DNA from: Torpedo marmorata
Lineage: Eukaryota
Direction: 5' to 3'
Length of the DNA: 64,000 nucleotides
NCBI GenBank assembly: GCA_977017645.1
Contig: OZ360224.1
Coordinates: 129,146,001-129,210,000, forward strand
Shown: positions 10,740-24,578 of the stretch, in pieces
Layout of the letters: every line of letters starts with the position of its first letter
How positions within the stretch are numbered: the first letter of the stretch is position 1
Made by a program: the position numbers and the translations under genes
Notes under the pieces: model-generated
Databases searched by the model: none
What the model saw: only the letters and a program-made list of their open reading frames with translations
What the model was told of the DNA's origin: nothing

Positions 10740-13370
10740 GAACTGGGAAACACCTGATGCTGGAGCCTTAGGCAAACAATGAGTTGCTGGAAAAATTCAG
10801 TAGGTAAGGCAGCATCCATGGGTAGAATGTTTCGGATTGGGACACTTTATCGGAACTAAAGTAAAATGGGATTGATAAATTTAAGTTTATTTGTCACAAA
10901 ATACCTAGTACAGTGAGAAGGATTCTTCAGCAAACAGACTAACAGTTATCTGTAACATTCATACACACGTGTTAACAGCACAATTTACCAAGTATAGGAT
11001 TACAATGAAAAGGAAGATCAATCAGCATCAAGCAAGAGCAGCATGAGTGCACTGTATGGGGTTCATTCAAAAGACTAATGGCTTTGGGGAAAAAAACTGT
11101 CTTTAAGTCCTGTTGGTACATGGTTTTACACTCTTAAGCCTTCTCTCCAATGGGAAGAGGGAGAAGAGAGCGTGTCTGTGGTGTGATTGGTCTTTCAGAG
11201 CGTTGGCTACCTTTCCTAGGCAGCGAGAGATGCTGATGGAGTCCACGGAGGTTCACCCACTGCAAGGCCGCCTGACTTCAGCAACACTAACCATGGGTGC
11301 AACATCATGTAGTAATTCATGTGGATATGAAGGGAGAAAGAAGCTGGGGTGATAGGGGTAGTGGACAGATGGTGGGAGAGGGGGAGAGACAGGAAGAGAG
11401 AGAGAGAGAGAGATCATAGTGAGGGGAGAGGAATTAGAGAGAAAAGTAAGAACAACAGTAAGTAAAGAAGAGATCAAACTAGTGGAACCAGATAGAGGTG
11501 GGGTTCACCTAAATTTAGAAAAAATGAAGCTCATGCCATTGGGTTTAAGACTGTTCAGGAGGAATATGATGTGTTGTTCTTCAAGTTTGCATTTTAGTAT
11601 CACCCCAACAATGGATTAGTCCAAGGACAAACTCATCAGAGTGGGAATGGTAAAGGGAATTGAAATGGTTGGGTACAGGAAGGTGAAGGGAATTGAAATG
11701 GTTGGCCACAGGAAGTTCAAGCTTAGACCAAAAGACAGAGGACTGATACTCGGTGAAGCAGTCGCCTAATCTGCGCTTGGTCTCACCGATGTAGAGGAGG
11801 CCACACAGGATGCACTGGATGCAGTAGATTAGGTTGGACGATGTGCATGTAAAGCTCTGCCTTACCAGGAAGGTCTGTTTGTGGCCCTGGATGGAGGGAG
11901 GAGATATAGGGACAAGTTTTGCACTTCCTGTGATTACAGCGGGAAGTGCCTCAGGAGATGGAAGGGTGGGTGAGGAGGGAAGAGCAGACGAGTGAGTTAC
12001 AGAGACCCTGTGAAGAGCAATGATGGTGGGTAGGGGATGATGTGTCTGGTGGTGGGATCGCAGTGAAGTTACCAGAAGTGTCTGACGATAATGTGTCAGA
12101 TGCGAAGGCTGGTAGGGTGGAAAATGAGGACTAGAAATTCTGTCCTTATTGGGTCTGGGGTGAGGTGGAGTGAGGACAGGTATGAAAAATGGAGGAGATA
12201 TGGGCATGGGAAATATCAGTGGGGGGGAAATCCACGTTTAGTAAAGAAAGAGGACATTTCAGATATCCTGGAGTGGAAGGCCTCATCCTGGGAATAGATA
12301 CGACGGAGGAATTGGAAGAAAGGGATGGCATCATTACAAGGGACAGGATGGGAAGAGGTATGATCCATTCAGCTGTGGGAGTCAGTGGGTTTGTAATAGA
12401 AATCCACAGAGAGGTCCAGGAGGTGGAGAGGTGTCACAACCAGTCCAGGACAGGGTGGAAATGGGCAGGGAACTTTATGAAATTGCTGAGCATGGGTACA
12501 GAAGGTAGCACCAATGCAGTTATCAATGTAGTAGAGGAGGATTTGGCGAGCGGTACCCAAGTAGGATTGGAACAAGGACTGCTCCACATATCCAACAAAC
12601 AGGCAGGTGGAGCTATAGTCCATGCATGTGCCCATGGTTACACCCTGCATCTGAAGGAAATGGGAGGAGTCAAAGGAGAAGTTGTTGAGGGCAAGGACAT
12701 GTTCCGCCAAGCAGAAGACAGTGTTAGGAGATGGAGACTGAATGGCTCTGTATTCAAGAAAGAATCAGAAAGCCCTGAAGCCTTCTTGATGAGGAATGGT
12801 GTGTAAAGGGATTACACATCCACAGCGAAGAGGAGGTAGTGGGGGACAGAGGACTGGAATTCTTCAGAGGTGGAGAGTGTGAGTGGTGTCCCGGATGTAG
12901 GTGGGAAGGGACTGGACAAGCGGGTTCAAGATGGTGTCGATATACAAGGAAATATGTTCAGTAGGGTTGGAGGAGGAAGAAACAATGAGTCTGCCAAGGC
13001 AGTCTGTTTGTGAATTTTGGGTAGGAGATAGAATGGGTTGGTGCAGAGTTGAGGAACTACCACGTTAGAGGCGGTGGTGGGGAAATCCCGTGAAGTGATG
13101 AGGTCCGTGAGAGCCTAGGAGAAGATATCCTGATGATAGCTAGTGGGGTCTTAGTGTAAGGTCAGATATGAGGAGGTTTCTAAGAGCTGGTTGGGCTTCT
13201 GCAATGTTGAGGTCAGTATGCCAGACCACAATCGTGTCTTCCTTGTCTATGGACTTAACAGTGATGTTGTGGTTGGTGTAAAAAAACAGTGATGTTGTGG
13301 TTGGTGCAGAGTGAGTGGAGAGCAGAGCATTCAAGGAGACCCGAGGTTAGATTAGGTAAGTGGGGTAGAG
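10740..13370 (-). mobile_element. Degenerate Penelope-like retroelement (RT, GIY-YIG endonuclease, terminal repeat), interrupted by a LINE 3' fragment
   Basis: ORF 12369-12710 (LNNFSFDSSHFLQMQGVTMGT...YIDN) is Penelope RT-like. ORF 11581-12207 (FTCTSSNLIYCIQCILCGLLYIGETKRRL...PVANHFN) is a GIY-YIG endonuclease. A pLTR-like end lies at 10740-10860. Confidence 0.85.
10878..11250 (-). repeat. Rex1/Babar-type LINE 3' fragment
   Basis: The reverse complement shows the typical 3' end (...SLLPLEKA, TVFFPKAISLLN-like coding, then AAATAAA tail). Confidence 0.55.
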
Positions 13371-15056
13371 GAACAGGTCATTTATATCCTGTTGTCAATT
13401 AGAGTTGAAAAGATCAAGAGCAGGAAACTTGCTGGAAACATGCTCATCATGGAGGTTTACTTAGTAAAGTCAAATGATAGAATTCATTTTTATTTCAACA
13501 AGAACAAACTTTGTGATATAATAATGCAGTACTTAAAACTTGTAGTCATGATTCTATTATTTAGATCTTGGGAAGAGTGATGTTCCTTGCAACCCTCTGG
13601 TACCTCATTGAAACAATGATGCTTTGTGGAACAGTGGCATAATATTAATTTGGCACATGAACAAATTGGGTTACCTGGAGGAGGGATGAATTCAATTAGG
13701 AGCTGGAACCCTGGCTTTTCCTGTTCTTGAAGCACATAAAGCACACTGAGTGAGCTAAGATAGTTCAATATTACTCATGGACCAAACTCTGGGCTTGTTC
13801 AGACTGTCCATTCACAACTGAACCATCAGTGGAAACCCAAAAATAAAAATAATTAGGATTAAACTTCAATGCTCCACTCCTCCTTTCTCTCTCTCAGAAA
13901 TATCTAGCTGTTCACATGTATTTACAGTATGCTTCACTGGTTTTTTAATAAACTTTTACATTTTTCACCCTCCCTTAACTTCCTCTCTTAATCCCAACTT
14001 GCCAAATTCCCTTGGATTTCAGTTTTATATTGCTCTGTCAAGGGGGGGAAAAAAAACAGAAATGCACTTAACAACAAATTCTGGAAGTTCATGAAAGGAG
14101 TCTGATTATGAAAATACAAATAACGAACGGCATGTTAAATCCACATATTCCAAAATGGTCATCCTCAATGTCGTCGTTACTTATTATTTATGCCAATTGA
14201 AATATAATTCTTCATAGATATATTATCTTTAAAATATTGACATTTTAATAGAAAAAAGGGGCTTCAATTGTAAAATCCACAACTCAAAAATGAAAATACA
14301 AATACGCAACGGAACAGTTACCACCTCAAGAAGGAAGATGGAATAAAATTTTACTTTTTCTTCCAGAAATTCACACACAGACTTTAGTGCTTCCTGTGGA
14401 GGTGGCTGCATGTCTTGCTCTGCTTTCCAAAGTTCAATGGCAGAGAATTTTGGAGATGCAATAGATGGACCTGCTAACCTTGTAGAGTGCAATTAGTGCG
14501 ACTGACTGGGGAGGAATTTCTAGGCACTTACCATTTGTTGAAATTGATTAAAATCAAAAACTCCCTTTGAACAGACAAACTAAAAGAAAGTGGTAACTGG
14601 AGAACAGTAGTCAATATTCACAAAGGGATAGCCAAAGTCAAAATCTCAAATACAAGGGAGGATATTTTCCTCTTCAGTACTTGTATAGAAAGCATTGCTT
14701 ACAGAATACAAAGTTGCTCAGTGTACACAGTGAATTTCACCACTTGGACAGAATGTCTGTCTTTTTATTTGTAAGATGTGCAATTCTCATTCAATTTCCT
14801 CTTTTGCCTTGAGCTGAAGCATGTTTTATGCCGAATAACTAAAGATGAAAAATTATGTTGAGTTCTAAAGTGCTAAAACCTATGCTGAATTCAGCCTGAA
14901 AAGGTACTTGACCAGTGTCCTTCTGGGAAACTGGGCTGATTTCCCATTGAAGCATCCAAAGCTAGATAGTTGAATATAGTTGAATTCGTACCAAGCATGA
15001 TTACACATTAACTCTGGAAACAAACATCTTCTCAATTAAACAGTGACACAACCTAG

Positions 15057-16260
15057 ACACTGCAATTCGCCTATCGTCACAATCGCTCCACAGCAGATGC
15101 AATATCGCTGGCTCTCCACTCAGCTCTGGATCACCTCGAAAACAACAATTCATACATACGGCTGCTCTTCATAGACTACAGCTCGGCCTTCAATACCATT
15201 ATTCCCTCAGTGCTGGTCAAGAAGCTACAAACTCTAGGCCTCTGTACCCCACTCTGCAACTGGATCCTTGACTTTCTCATCGGAAGACCACAGTCAGTAC
15301 GAATTGGAAACAACGTCTCCTCCTCACTGATTATCAACACAGGCGCACCCCAAGGATGCGTGCTTAGTCCACTGCTCTACTCGTTATACACTCATGACTG
15401 TGTGGCCAGGCACAATTCCAATGCCATATACAAGTTTGCCGATGACACCACAGTTGTCGGCAGAATCACAAACGGCAATGAGGAAGCGTACAGGAGGGAG
15501 ATAGATCAGCTCATTGAATGGTGTAATGACAACAACCTCGAGCTCAACGTCAGTAAAACCAAGGAGATGATTGTGGACTTCAGGAGGAAGTCAGGGGAAC
15601 ACAACCCAGTCCTCATCGAGGGCTCAGTCGTGGAGAGGGTCAAGAACTTCAAATTCCTGGGTGTCAACATCTCCGAGGATCTGTCCTGGAGCATCCACGT
15701 GGATGCAATCACAAAGAAGGCTCGTCAGCGGCTATACTTTGTGAGGCGATTGCGGAGATTCGGTATGTCGCCAAAGAATCTCGTGAACTTCTACAGGTGT
15801 ACCGTGGAGAGCATTCTAGCTGGTTGCATCACTGCCTGGTATGGTGGTGCCAACTCCCAGGACAAGAGCAAACTCCAGAAGGTTGTTACCTCGGCCTGTG
15901 ACATCACGGGCACCAAACTTCACTCCATCGAGGACATCTACATGAGGCGATGTCTTAAAAAAGCAGCCTCTATCCTCAAGGACCCCCACCACCCAGGCCA
16001 TGCCCTCTTCACTCTGCTTCCATCGGGGAAAAGGTACAGGAGCCTAAAGACGAGCACTCAACGGCACAAGGACAGCTTCTTCCCCGCTGCCATCAGATTC
16101 CTGAATAATCAATGAACCAAAGACACTAGTGCACTATTGTTTATAATTTTTATATAGTAATGTCGTTAGAATGGTTAATATGAATGTTAATTGCACTATG
16201 ATGCTGCCGCAAAGCACCGAATTTCATGACTTGTTCATGACAATAAATTCTGATTCTGAT
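15057..16260 (+). mobile_element. 5'-truncated Rex1/Babar-type LINE (RT C-terminal half)
   Basis: ORF 15210-16115 has [19 protein letters not shown] and KKARQRLYF. The 3' UTR ends AATAAA-(TTCTGA)n. Near-identical to copies at 24579, 33181 and 58658. Confidence 0.9.
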
Positions 16261-17047
16261 CTTTTCCACTTTTATGCTGCAAAACAAGCAGTGAGAGGAG
16301 TTCTGCATTTATCCATTCCTATGAAAATAGCCAAGTTTCTTCAAGTGAGAGACTTGGCTCCAAATTAAGCAGCAGTCACTAAGTTTGAGTTTAAGATTAT
16401 GGGATGAAGGGTGGCAGCTGCTGATGACACTTGTCCCACAGACTTGCTGTCCCTCAGTAACTGGCTCAGCTGGGAAACAAGGCAACATAGAGAAAACTGA
16501 CCTTGGCTTGTGCCATTGTTAGTGAGCTGGACTCACAATCCAACAGAGCACTGATAATTAACATAACAAAGGTAAATAGCTTTACATGAGAGGTTCTTGG
16601 AAGATGGACACTGTATCTTTCAAGACTCGTGACTTGTAAATATAGGTTAGGTGCAATAAAAGAGCTGGAAGGTGTTCGAGAGCATGGCATGGATAAGTAG
16701 GGAATCTGCAAGAGTTTGTTCGCCCTCCTGATGCACGGTATTCTTGTTTTATTTTGCTTGCCTTTGCTACATTATTTAAAATGTGCTGTCTTCTCATCCA
16801 TCCTTCACAGTTGTTGAGAGTTGTGGAAATGGATCCTGGTTCCTACATCCAACCTGCCACGTGATGGAGGATCAGCCATTGTCACCTTGGAATTGCCTCT
16901 GGAGCAGTGCAGTCAGAGGCACGAAAGTACTAGCATGACATTTGCCCATCCAGTCCTTTTTCAATCTTCACATTGATCTCCTTACCTTTGGCTTTTACTC
17001 AGCTAGTCTTAGCTTTGAGAAAACTGACAAATTTTACAAGCCTTTTT

Positions 17048-17303
17048 GGGCGGCACTGTTAGCGTAGCAGTTAGCGTAACGCTATTACAGCACCAGTGAC
17101 CGGGTTTCGAATCCTGCACTGTCTGTAAGGAGTTTATACGTCCTCCCCATGTCTGTGTGGGTTTCCTCCGGGCTCTCCGGTTTCCTCCCACCGTTCCAAA
17201 ACGTACTGGGGTTGTAGGTCAATTGGGTGTCATTGGGCAGTACGGGCTCGTGGGCCGAAAGGGCCTGTTACGGTGATGTATGTCTAAATTAATTTAAATT
17301 AAA
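17048..17303 (+). mobile_element. Full-length tRNA-derived V-SINE (HE1-like)
   Basis: A-box-like TAGCGTAGCAGTT, B-box GGTTTCGAATCC (about 17103-17114), V-domain TCCCCATGTCTGTGTGGGTTTCCTCCGGGCTCTCCGGTTTCCTCCCAC, 3' tail with TAAATT repeats. Confidence 0.85.
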
Positions 17304-18459
17304 CTTCCAAGAAAGCACCATCATTTCTCCTGAAGTAGTTGCTACACTTTCATTTTGTTTAGTGATCCTTTCTGTGGGACCCGCTTTGCCATGTTTACTA
17401 AGCAAGACTAAAGCTTCCAGACTTCCTCGTGGTACATGTTTGCCTGTATTTCAGGGAGCCCCAATAACGTCAAATCCAAATAACTCAAAGCAGTCGTACA
17501 AATTGAGAACTATTGCTATGTGACACATGTTTATGTCCATCTATATCTTACAAAGACAAAGTTCCACTGACAATTTCCTGCCATGACCATTAAGTTGATG
17601 CCAATCTCATTACATTCTTTCTAATCAGGTGAATTTAATAAGTTAACCTCAGAAAGAAGTATGAGAACAACAGCTGTATTTGTACCCCACCTGTCATAAT
17701 GGCTGTCTCAGAGAGATGAGAACAACAGGTAGACGTTGGGCAGGGAAGGCCCAATCTTGGTCATCAAGATGGTCATTCGGCTGCTTTTTGAATGAGCTGA
17801 TAACAAATAAAGGCCTGGAAGTTCCTATAGGCGTAGAAGTATTCACTGAAGTGAGCAGGATACCCAGAGTAGTTTCCTCTGGAGATGGGAGAGACAGCAA
17901 GCCATATGTAAGCATCACAAGGAGCAGGTCTTCAGTACAGTTACACCCGGTAATCACAGGTAATTCCAAAAATCACAACCATGCACAATGTTCACATAAA
18001 ACATGAGCTCTTACAGGTAGATCTCAGTGGGAAAAACTGTCAGATCTGGTAGGCAATTGGACATCGTGGAGTCTCATGCAGACACCCAAGGGAATCACTT
18101 GCACCCCATCAAGGGCAACTTCAGAGATGTTTAGTCTAACAGTGAAGATTCCATGGCTGTCTCTGGTGGCAGTCTCTCAATCTAATCTAGCTCAAACGAT
18201 GTTTTTAACATCATTAAGCAAGCTCCTCCCTTTCTGTCAAGACCTTTTCCATTCAATGCCCTGCAGATCCTTCCTTCAACACATATTCAAGTTGTAAAAG
18301 TGGCACTAAATTTGTTCACCTTGGTCAGACACCAGCCCTCTGGGTGCCACTGTATCACATGCACATACAAACCCAATGAAATTTCACAGATGGCCCTTTG
18401 CCATTCATTTTGCATTCAAACTAACAAAACAGTAGCTGGAATGTCTAGCTCAAAGTGTT

Positions 18460-19994
18460 TTCAGAAGCCCCTCATCCAAATGATCAGGTGCTGTGTTTCA
18501 CAGTGGCCGACGTGAGGAGAGTGTTAAGCAAGGTTAACCCACAGAAATCTGCTGGGCCAGATAACATTCCCGGCAGAGTGCTCGGGGATGTGCGGCCCAG
18601 CTGGCTGATGTTCTCACCGACATCTTTAACATCTCCCTGAGCAGTGCCGTGGTTCCAACGTGCTTCAAAGCCGCTACCATCATCCCCGTGCCGAAGAAGT
18701 CGACGGTGTCCTGCCTCAATGACTACCGCCCTGTCGCACTCACATCTACCGTCATGAAGTGCTTCGAGAGGCTCGTCATGAGGCACATCAAGCTTCTGCT
18801 GCCCCCCTCACTGGACCCCCTGCAGTTCGTATATAGATCAAACCGCTCCACAGATGATGCCATCATTACCACCCTCCACCTAGCCCTCACCCACCTGGAA
18901 AATAAGGACGCATATGTTCGAATGCTGTTTATTGACTTCAGCTCGGCATTCAACATGACCATACCTCAGTACCTGATAGGGAAGTTGAGGGGGCTGGGCC
19001 TAAACTACACCCTCTGTAATTGGATCCTAGACTTCCTGACGGGAAGACCTCAGGCAGTCCGGATTGAGCACGGGGGCTCCCCAGGGCTGTGTGCTTAGTC
19101 CATTGCTGTTCACCCTGCTGACTCATGACTGTACAGCAAACCACAGCTCGAATCACATCATAAAGTTCGCTGATGATACAACCATGGTGGGCCTTATCAG
19201 TAAGAATGATGAGTCAGCATACAGAGATGAGGTGCAGTCGCTAATGGAATGGTGCGGAAACAACAACCTGCAGCTGAACGTAAACAAAACAAAAGAGTTG
19301 GTTGTCGACTTCAGAAGGGTCCGGGGGGATCATTCTCCTTTGACCATGGACGGCTCTACCGTTGAGGTCGTAAAGAGTACCAAGTTTCTTGGAGTGCACT
19401 TGGCGGAGAGTCTCAGCTGGTCCCTAAACACCAGTTCCATAGTCAAGAAAGCCCAGCAGCGTCTTTACTTCCTGCGAAGACTGAGGAAAGTTCATCTCCC
19501 ACCCTCTATCCTTACTACATTCTACAGGGGATGTATTGAGAGTATTCTGAGCAATTGCATCACCGCTCGGTTTGGTAACTGTACCACCTCAGACCAAAAC
19601 ACCCTGCAGAGGATAGTGAGGGCAGCGGAGAAAATTATTGGAGTCTCTCTCCCCACCATGACAGACATCTACAACACACGATGCATGAGGAAGGCTAAAA
19701 ACATTGTGAAGGACTTCTCACACCCCTTTAGTAAACTGTTTTCCCCTATGCCATCTGGAAGGAGGTACCGAAGCACTCGGGCTCGTACATCCAGACTGTG
19801 CAACAGTTTTTTCCCCCAAGCCATCAGGCTCCTCAATTCCTAGATATATATGTGTACTAGCATGCTATAGTTTTTTCTATTGTATTATATATTTATGTAC
19901 ATCTGCCCATGGTCCTGGAGAAACGCTATCTCATCTTACTGTGTATATGGTAATGAACGACAAATAAAGGTGTCTTGACTTGACTTGACTTGAC
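18460..19994 (+). mobile_element. 5'-truncated Rex1/Babar-type LINE, second subfamily
   Basis: ORFs 18649-19098 ([24 protein letters not shown]) and 19064-19843 ([18 protein letters not shown]). A small deletion near 19063 causes the frameshift. Tail AATAAA-(CTTGA)n differs from the (TTCTGA)n subfamily. Confidence 0.9.
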
Positions 19995-20360
19995 AGTGAT
20001 GATGGTGAAGGAGGGGAGCAGGACATGCATAGTGGGGGGTGTGAGCCTTAAATCAGCTTCAAGCAGGTCAAGGATTCACATGTGCTCACGTGTCACTTTA
20101 GAACAGCTACCTGAAAAGATTACCCTTGAACTTTGCTGATTTATATTACAGATCCATTGGGAATGCCTGGTGTGTCAGAAGCACAACCAAGACTGAGAGA
20201 CTATTTCATTTACTACCTAGGTACAGCCGAGTACCATAAAATAACATTATTTATGTGCAGCACATGGGAGATAATTAGAAATGTGGAAATGGCTGAAAAT
20301 GGGGGGTAAATGCAGGTAATTAATCACCTACGAACATCTGTGGTCATTGCCTTCCTTCTT

Positions 20361-20620
20361 TTTTTAAATTTTTTTTTATTTTTTAACCACCAATTAGAAA
20401 TTACAATACGTCTTTAACATAGTCTAATCCATTATACATGTGGTATATATATAAAACCGCTCCCCCCACCCCCTCCCCCTAAAGCCCCAAGAAAGAAGGA
20501 AGAAAGAATGAAAAAGATACAAGATGTAAGAAGAAAGACCGGAGATTGTCAAGAGAGTCCTTTTCCAGAAATCATATTTATCATGAAATAAAGGAGATAA
20601 ATAAATAAATGAAATAAATA
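20361..20620 (-). mobile_element. Short 5'-truncated poly(A)-tailed retroposon, probably an L1 3' UTR
   Basis: T-rich tail at 20361-20385. 15-bp TSD ATTGCCTTCCTTCTT at 20346-20360 and 20621-20635. Same C-rich and GAAA-rich architecture as the L1 3' UTR at 350-600. Confidence 0.75.
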
Positions 20621-21986
20621 ATTGCCTTCCTTCTTGATCACAACCATTACTCCATATTTTACAATTGCGAGAACTTCCACCTGCCACACATATTGTAACA
20701 TTGTGCCAGACAGCATATCAAATCGTACCTCCAAAAAGTGTTTTTACATATATTTCAGTGATGTAAACATAATAAAATATAACAGTTATCTTTATTAATA
20801 TTCACTGAAAATCCTATCAAATAGTAACAATTTGGATTTTCTTGTATGTTTAAATGTTGTCTGGGAAACAATTTTCCATAAGGAGGACTAAATTGCTGAG
20901 TACAGCAAAAGAATCTTTCAACATACAGCAAAATTCCAAAATAGAATCAAATATCACTTGGTGCAAACTGCATATGGGTTTTAATGCTGAGGTTATTCAA
21001 ATTTAACTGCGCACAAATGTCAGTATTGAGAGAACAAACTGTGTGCATTTTTATGGATGAATGCACGTTCCTTCTCTGTTGCAAAATGTATACATTTATA
21101 TTAAAATCCGACATTCTGGTACCATGTGAAATTCCTTTGTATGATGAGTCAAAACCCTTCTGGATGAACTATTCGACGATAGTAATTTGATTTTCTTAAG
21201 ATGTCCCCACAGTCATTTCAGCATGGTGGGTTTAAAATGCCTGGTGAAAGAAGTTGTGAAAATCGGGACACTCTTCTGTCGTACCTGAAAAAGGAATCTC
21301 CAAAGTACTCCTGGGAACCATCAGCAATTGCTCTGAAGGGGAAGTCTCTGTAGCTCTGACCTTTTAAGAAATTTTATGGAAAAGGCAATAGCAGCAGGAT
21401 TTTATGCACCTCACATCTATGATGTAGCTTGAGACATGCTATTATCAAACTGTTGCTCCAGGCAAGTGGGAAATCGCACTAAACTTGGAGAAGTTTAGTC
21501 CCAAAATTCTCAATTACCACTGAGAGTAGGCTGGAAAATACATAGCCTTAACCTTCCAGAGTTCAACACGTCATTTTGGCCTACAGGGTCCACAGTGGCA
21601 ACAAAGTTGAAGGCTTCATAAAATCTCACAATCAGTGACCTGTAAAGAGTTTTTTTGCATCATCATACCATAATGATCAGCTGCTTTGAAGGCTCATCGA
21701 GGAATTGGACAGAAATTAGCTGTGTTTGATCTCACAGAGAACATACAAATGAATTGTGACTTTATGCAAGATTCTGCAAAATCAGGCAGTTCAAGAAATT
21801 CCATTCCACAGCCTTCATTGACTCCTGTAAGATATTTTATCTCATATTATGTACAACCCTAACAGAGCTTTGAATAACAGCCAAATACCCTGTACAATTC
21901 AATAACTTAATCCAAAAGTAATTCCAATAGCAGACTTAAGTTTTTGTGCATACTTGTGCTCACTCTCAACTTTATATCCTCTACCT

Positions 21987-22634
21987 CAGTGGTTCCCAAA
22001 CTTTTTCGGGCTGCTGCCCCCTTGGCTCCCAAGGCCACACCCTAGTGCCCACCCCCCACCCACACACACACACATACAACGAGCACACACCTCTTTCTTG
22101 GTATTAGGTCTACTGTAAATTTAAAACAACAACTAATCTAACATTATAAACAAGAGTATGTATTTCACAAATAAAACTTATAGTAAACCAATTTATTTAG
22201 CAATATGAAAGGGTAAATTTACATCTCACCTGTAACTATATTGTCTTCACCGTCCCAGGCAGTCACCTACCCGGGCAGTCACCGTCCCGGGCGGTCAGTC
22301 ACTATCCCGGTCAGTCACCGTCCCGGGCAGTCAGTCACTGTCCCGGGCGGTCACCATCCGGAGCGGTCACCGTCCCAGGCAATCACCGTCCCGGGCGGTC
22401 GGTCGCCATCTGGAGCGGTCCCGTCACAAGCGGTCCAGTCCCGGCCAGTCACCGTCCCGGCCAGTCACCATCCCCGGCCAATCACCGTCCGGGGCAGTCA
22501 CCCCCACCCCCTCCTCACCTGACAGATAGCGCACGATGAGCGTTGCGGGCTGAGTTTGCCGGAAACGTTCGGTCCGCCCCCTTTTTCCTCACCGCCCCCT
22601 TGGATCTTTCCACCGCCCACTTTGGGAATGACTG
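21987..22634. mobile_element. hAT-type MITE with an internal GC-rich minisatellite
   Basis: TIRs CAGTGGTTCCCAAA and TTTGGGAATGACTG. 8-bp TSD CTCTACCT at 21979-21986 and 22635-22642. Tandem CAGTCACCGTCCCGGG-like units at about 22245-22500. Confidence 0.85.
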
Positions 22635-24578
22635 CTCTACCTCATTATAAACCACAGTGTTCCATTAGCTTTTTATGATTATTGTATCTACTTGAATTGC
22701 CCCTTCCAAGTCCAGACCCTCACTGAAATTAACCCTGGTTGAGTACTTCTATTTTAGGTCTTTCACTGTAACCATCTAAACATTATGCTATTCTGATCAC
22801 TGATCCAAAGGTGCTCTTTGACTGTAACAGTATCTGGCACGTTGGGAACTTTTCTTGTTGAGCAAAGAATGGAGGAGATCTGACAGACTGCAAACAGTTC
22901 CAATAGAGTAAATAAAAATAACTTTCGGTGGTCAAGAGATCAGGCATAGATGTAAAGTGATTGGCAAAAGAACATGTTTTTACATAAACACCATAATCTG
23001 GAATGCACCCCCTAAAAGTGTGACAGGAATTGAATAAGTATCTGAAAGGCATTCTTTTTTAGAGGACCACCAAAGAGCCAACTCAGATGCAATGGGCTGA
23101 ATGGCCTCTTCTGTGCTGTTTCCTTCCATGACTCTGTCATTTCTATCCAGCATTTTGAAGGCAGACATGAATTTGTCTGCATTATCTTACTCAGTTCATA
23201 TATTAACCTTGATCCAAGATAGGACCCTGCCCAAAATCCTCTTCCATCCATTCAGATAATAGTCCTGGAGAAATCTCTGTAACTCACACTATGTGTATGA
23301 CTAATACTCATAGAAACTTTTAAGTCCTGGAGGCTCTATAAGGGCTTGTCAGGTAAATTGGAAGCTGCCTTGTAAGATTTCCAGCCAGTGTGCAGTTTAG
23401 TGAAACTGACAAGAAGCTGGTATTCAATCTCCTCAGCATGTTTGTCCAGCTGACATTAAAATTAGGAATCTGTACTGGCTGGAGAATTATTGGTAATTCA
23501 GGGTATCATTTTCATTGATCTCTGCCGATTTATTTAGGATATGTAGGTTCCATAAACCTCAGTTCCATCAGGATAAGTGCACCTGATAAAAATTAGGATA
23601 CTCTGGTCAATATCATGCCTTTGATGACAGCAACTTCATTAAAAAAAAGAATCATTTGAAGTGACAAAGAAGCAACTCAGTCTCCTGTGAGTAAGCAGAA
23701 GGTGTTAGAATCTCTGAGGCAAAGGGATTAGTTGATGGCACTATGCCATCTGCCAACTCCAGTACACAGCTCCCAGCATGGAATTGGTTACAACAGACCA
23801 ATCCCCAAGATAGTTTCCTCTTGTACTACAAAGGATCAAAGTAAAACCAAGTCAGTGCAGTGAAAGGGAGAGCTGACCCTCAAGTACAAATACAAAGCCC
23901 AAAATGCAAACTAATTTGTTACTAATTTTGATATCTTTTTATTGCAATTGTTCTACCAATTTAGTATCATAAATCAATGATGGCCTGAATTTTCGCGTCA
24001 GCTGCGATGGAGTGGCAATGATTGCTGACTTTACCAGCCAAAGGATCAGCCCCAGATTTCCCCATTCCTGGTCATGAATTACAGCCTGGCACCTTTTGTA
24101 TGGGATCATAGTGTCCAGGCACAGTGATATAATGAAACTAGCTGTCCTGCCAATAGACTGAAGGATTCTGATGGATAGCAAATCACGAAACAAAAAGATC
24201 AAATACTTAAAACTTTACAATTATTCTTTAGAGAGCAAATAAAGATTGGGACATAAATACAGATTAAAGTGTGAATTAATAAACTAATTTCAATTATTTA
24301 TAAATCCATGGAATTTTTGAAGCTATTGTTAAGAGGGAATGGGATTCTGCACTGTTAAAATTAGTTTTTCAGGGTCAGAGAAGTTATACAGCAATAATTT
24401 TAGTTTAAAGCAGCTTTTTTAAAAATCAGTAGTGAATCATTCATACTTAGCATCTTCAACAATTTTTACAACAAGAATAATTTGTCAAGCATTGACGTTT
24501 ACATCAAATCAATGGCCATGTGGAAACAGCAACAGGGCAAACCATGGAGGAGCAGGGAGGTTTTTATTTAAGTGTTTA

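Noticed and set aside
14229-14495. ORF or exon candidates on either strand
   Set aside because: No recognisable protein in any frame and no partner exons.
17048-17120. tRNA gene
   Set aside because: The A and B boxes belong to the SINE head; no cloverleaf, and a V-domain follows directly.
21190-21355. Short ORF with splice-like flanks
   Set aside because: No recognisable product; stops in alternative frames; consistent with chance.
22245-22500. CRISPR-like array
   Set aside because: Head-to-tail minisatellite without unique spacers, inside a MITE, in eukaryotic DNA with no cas genes.
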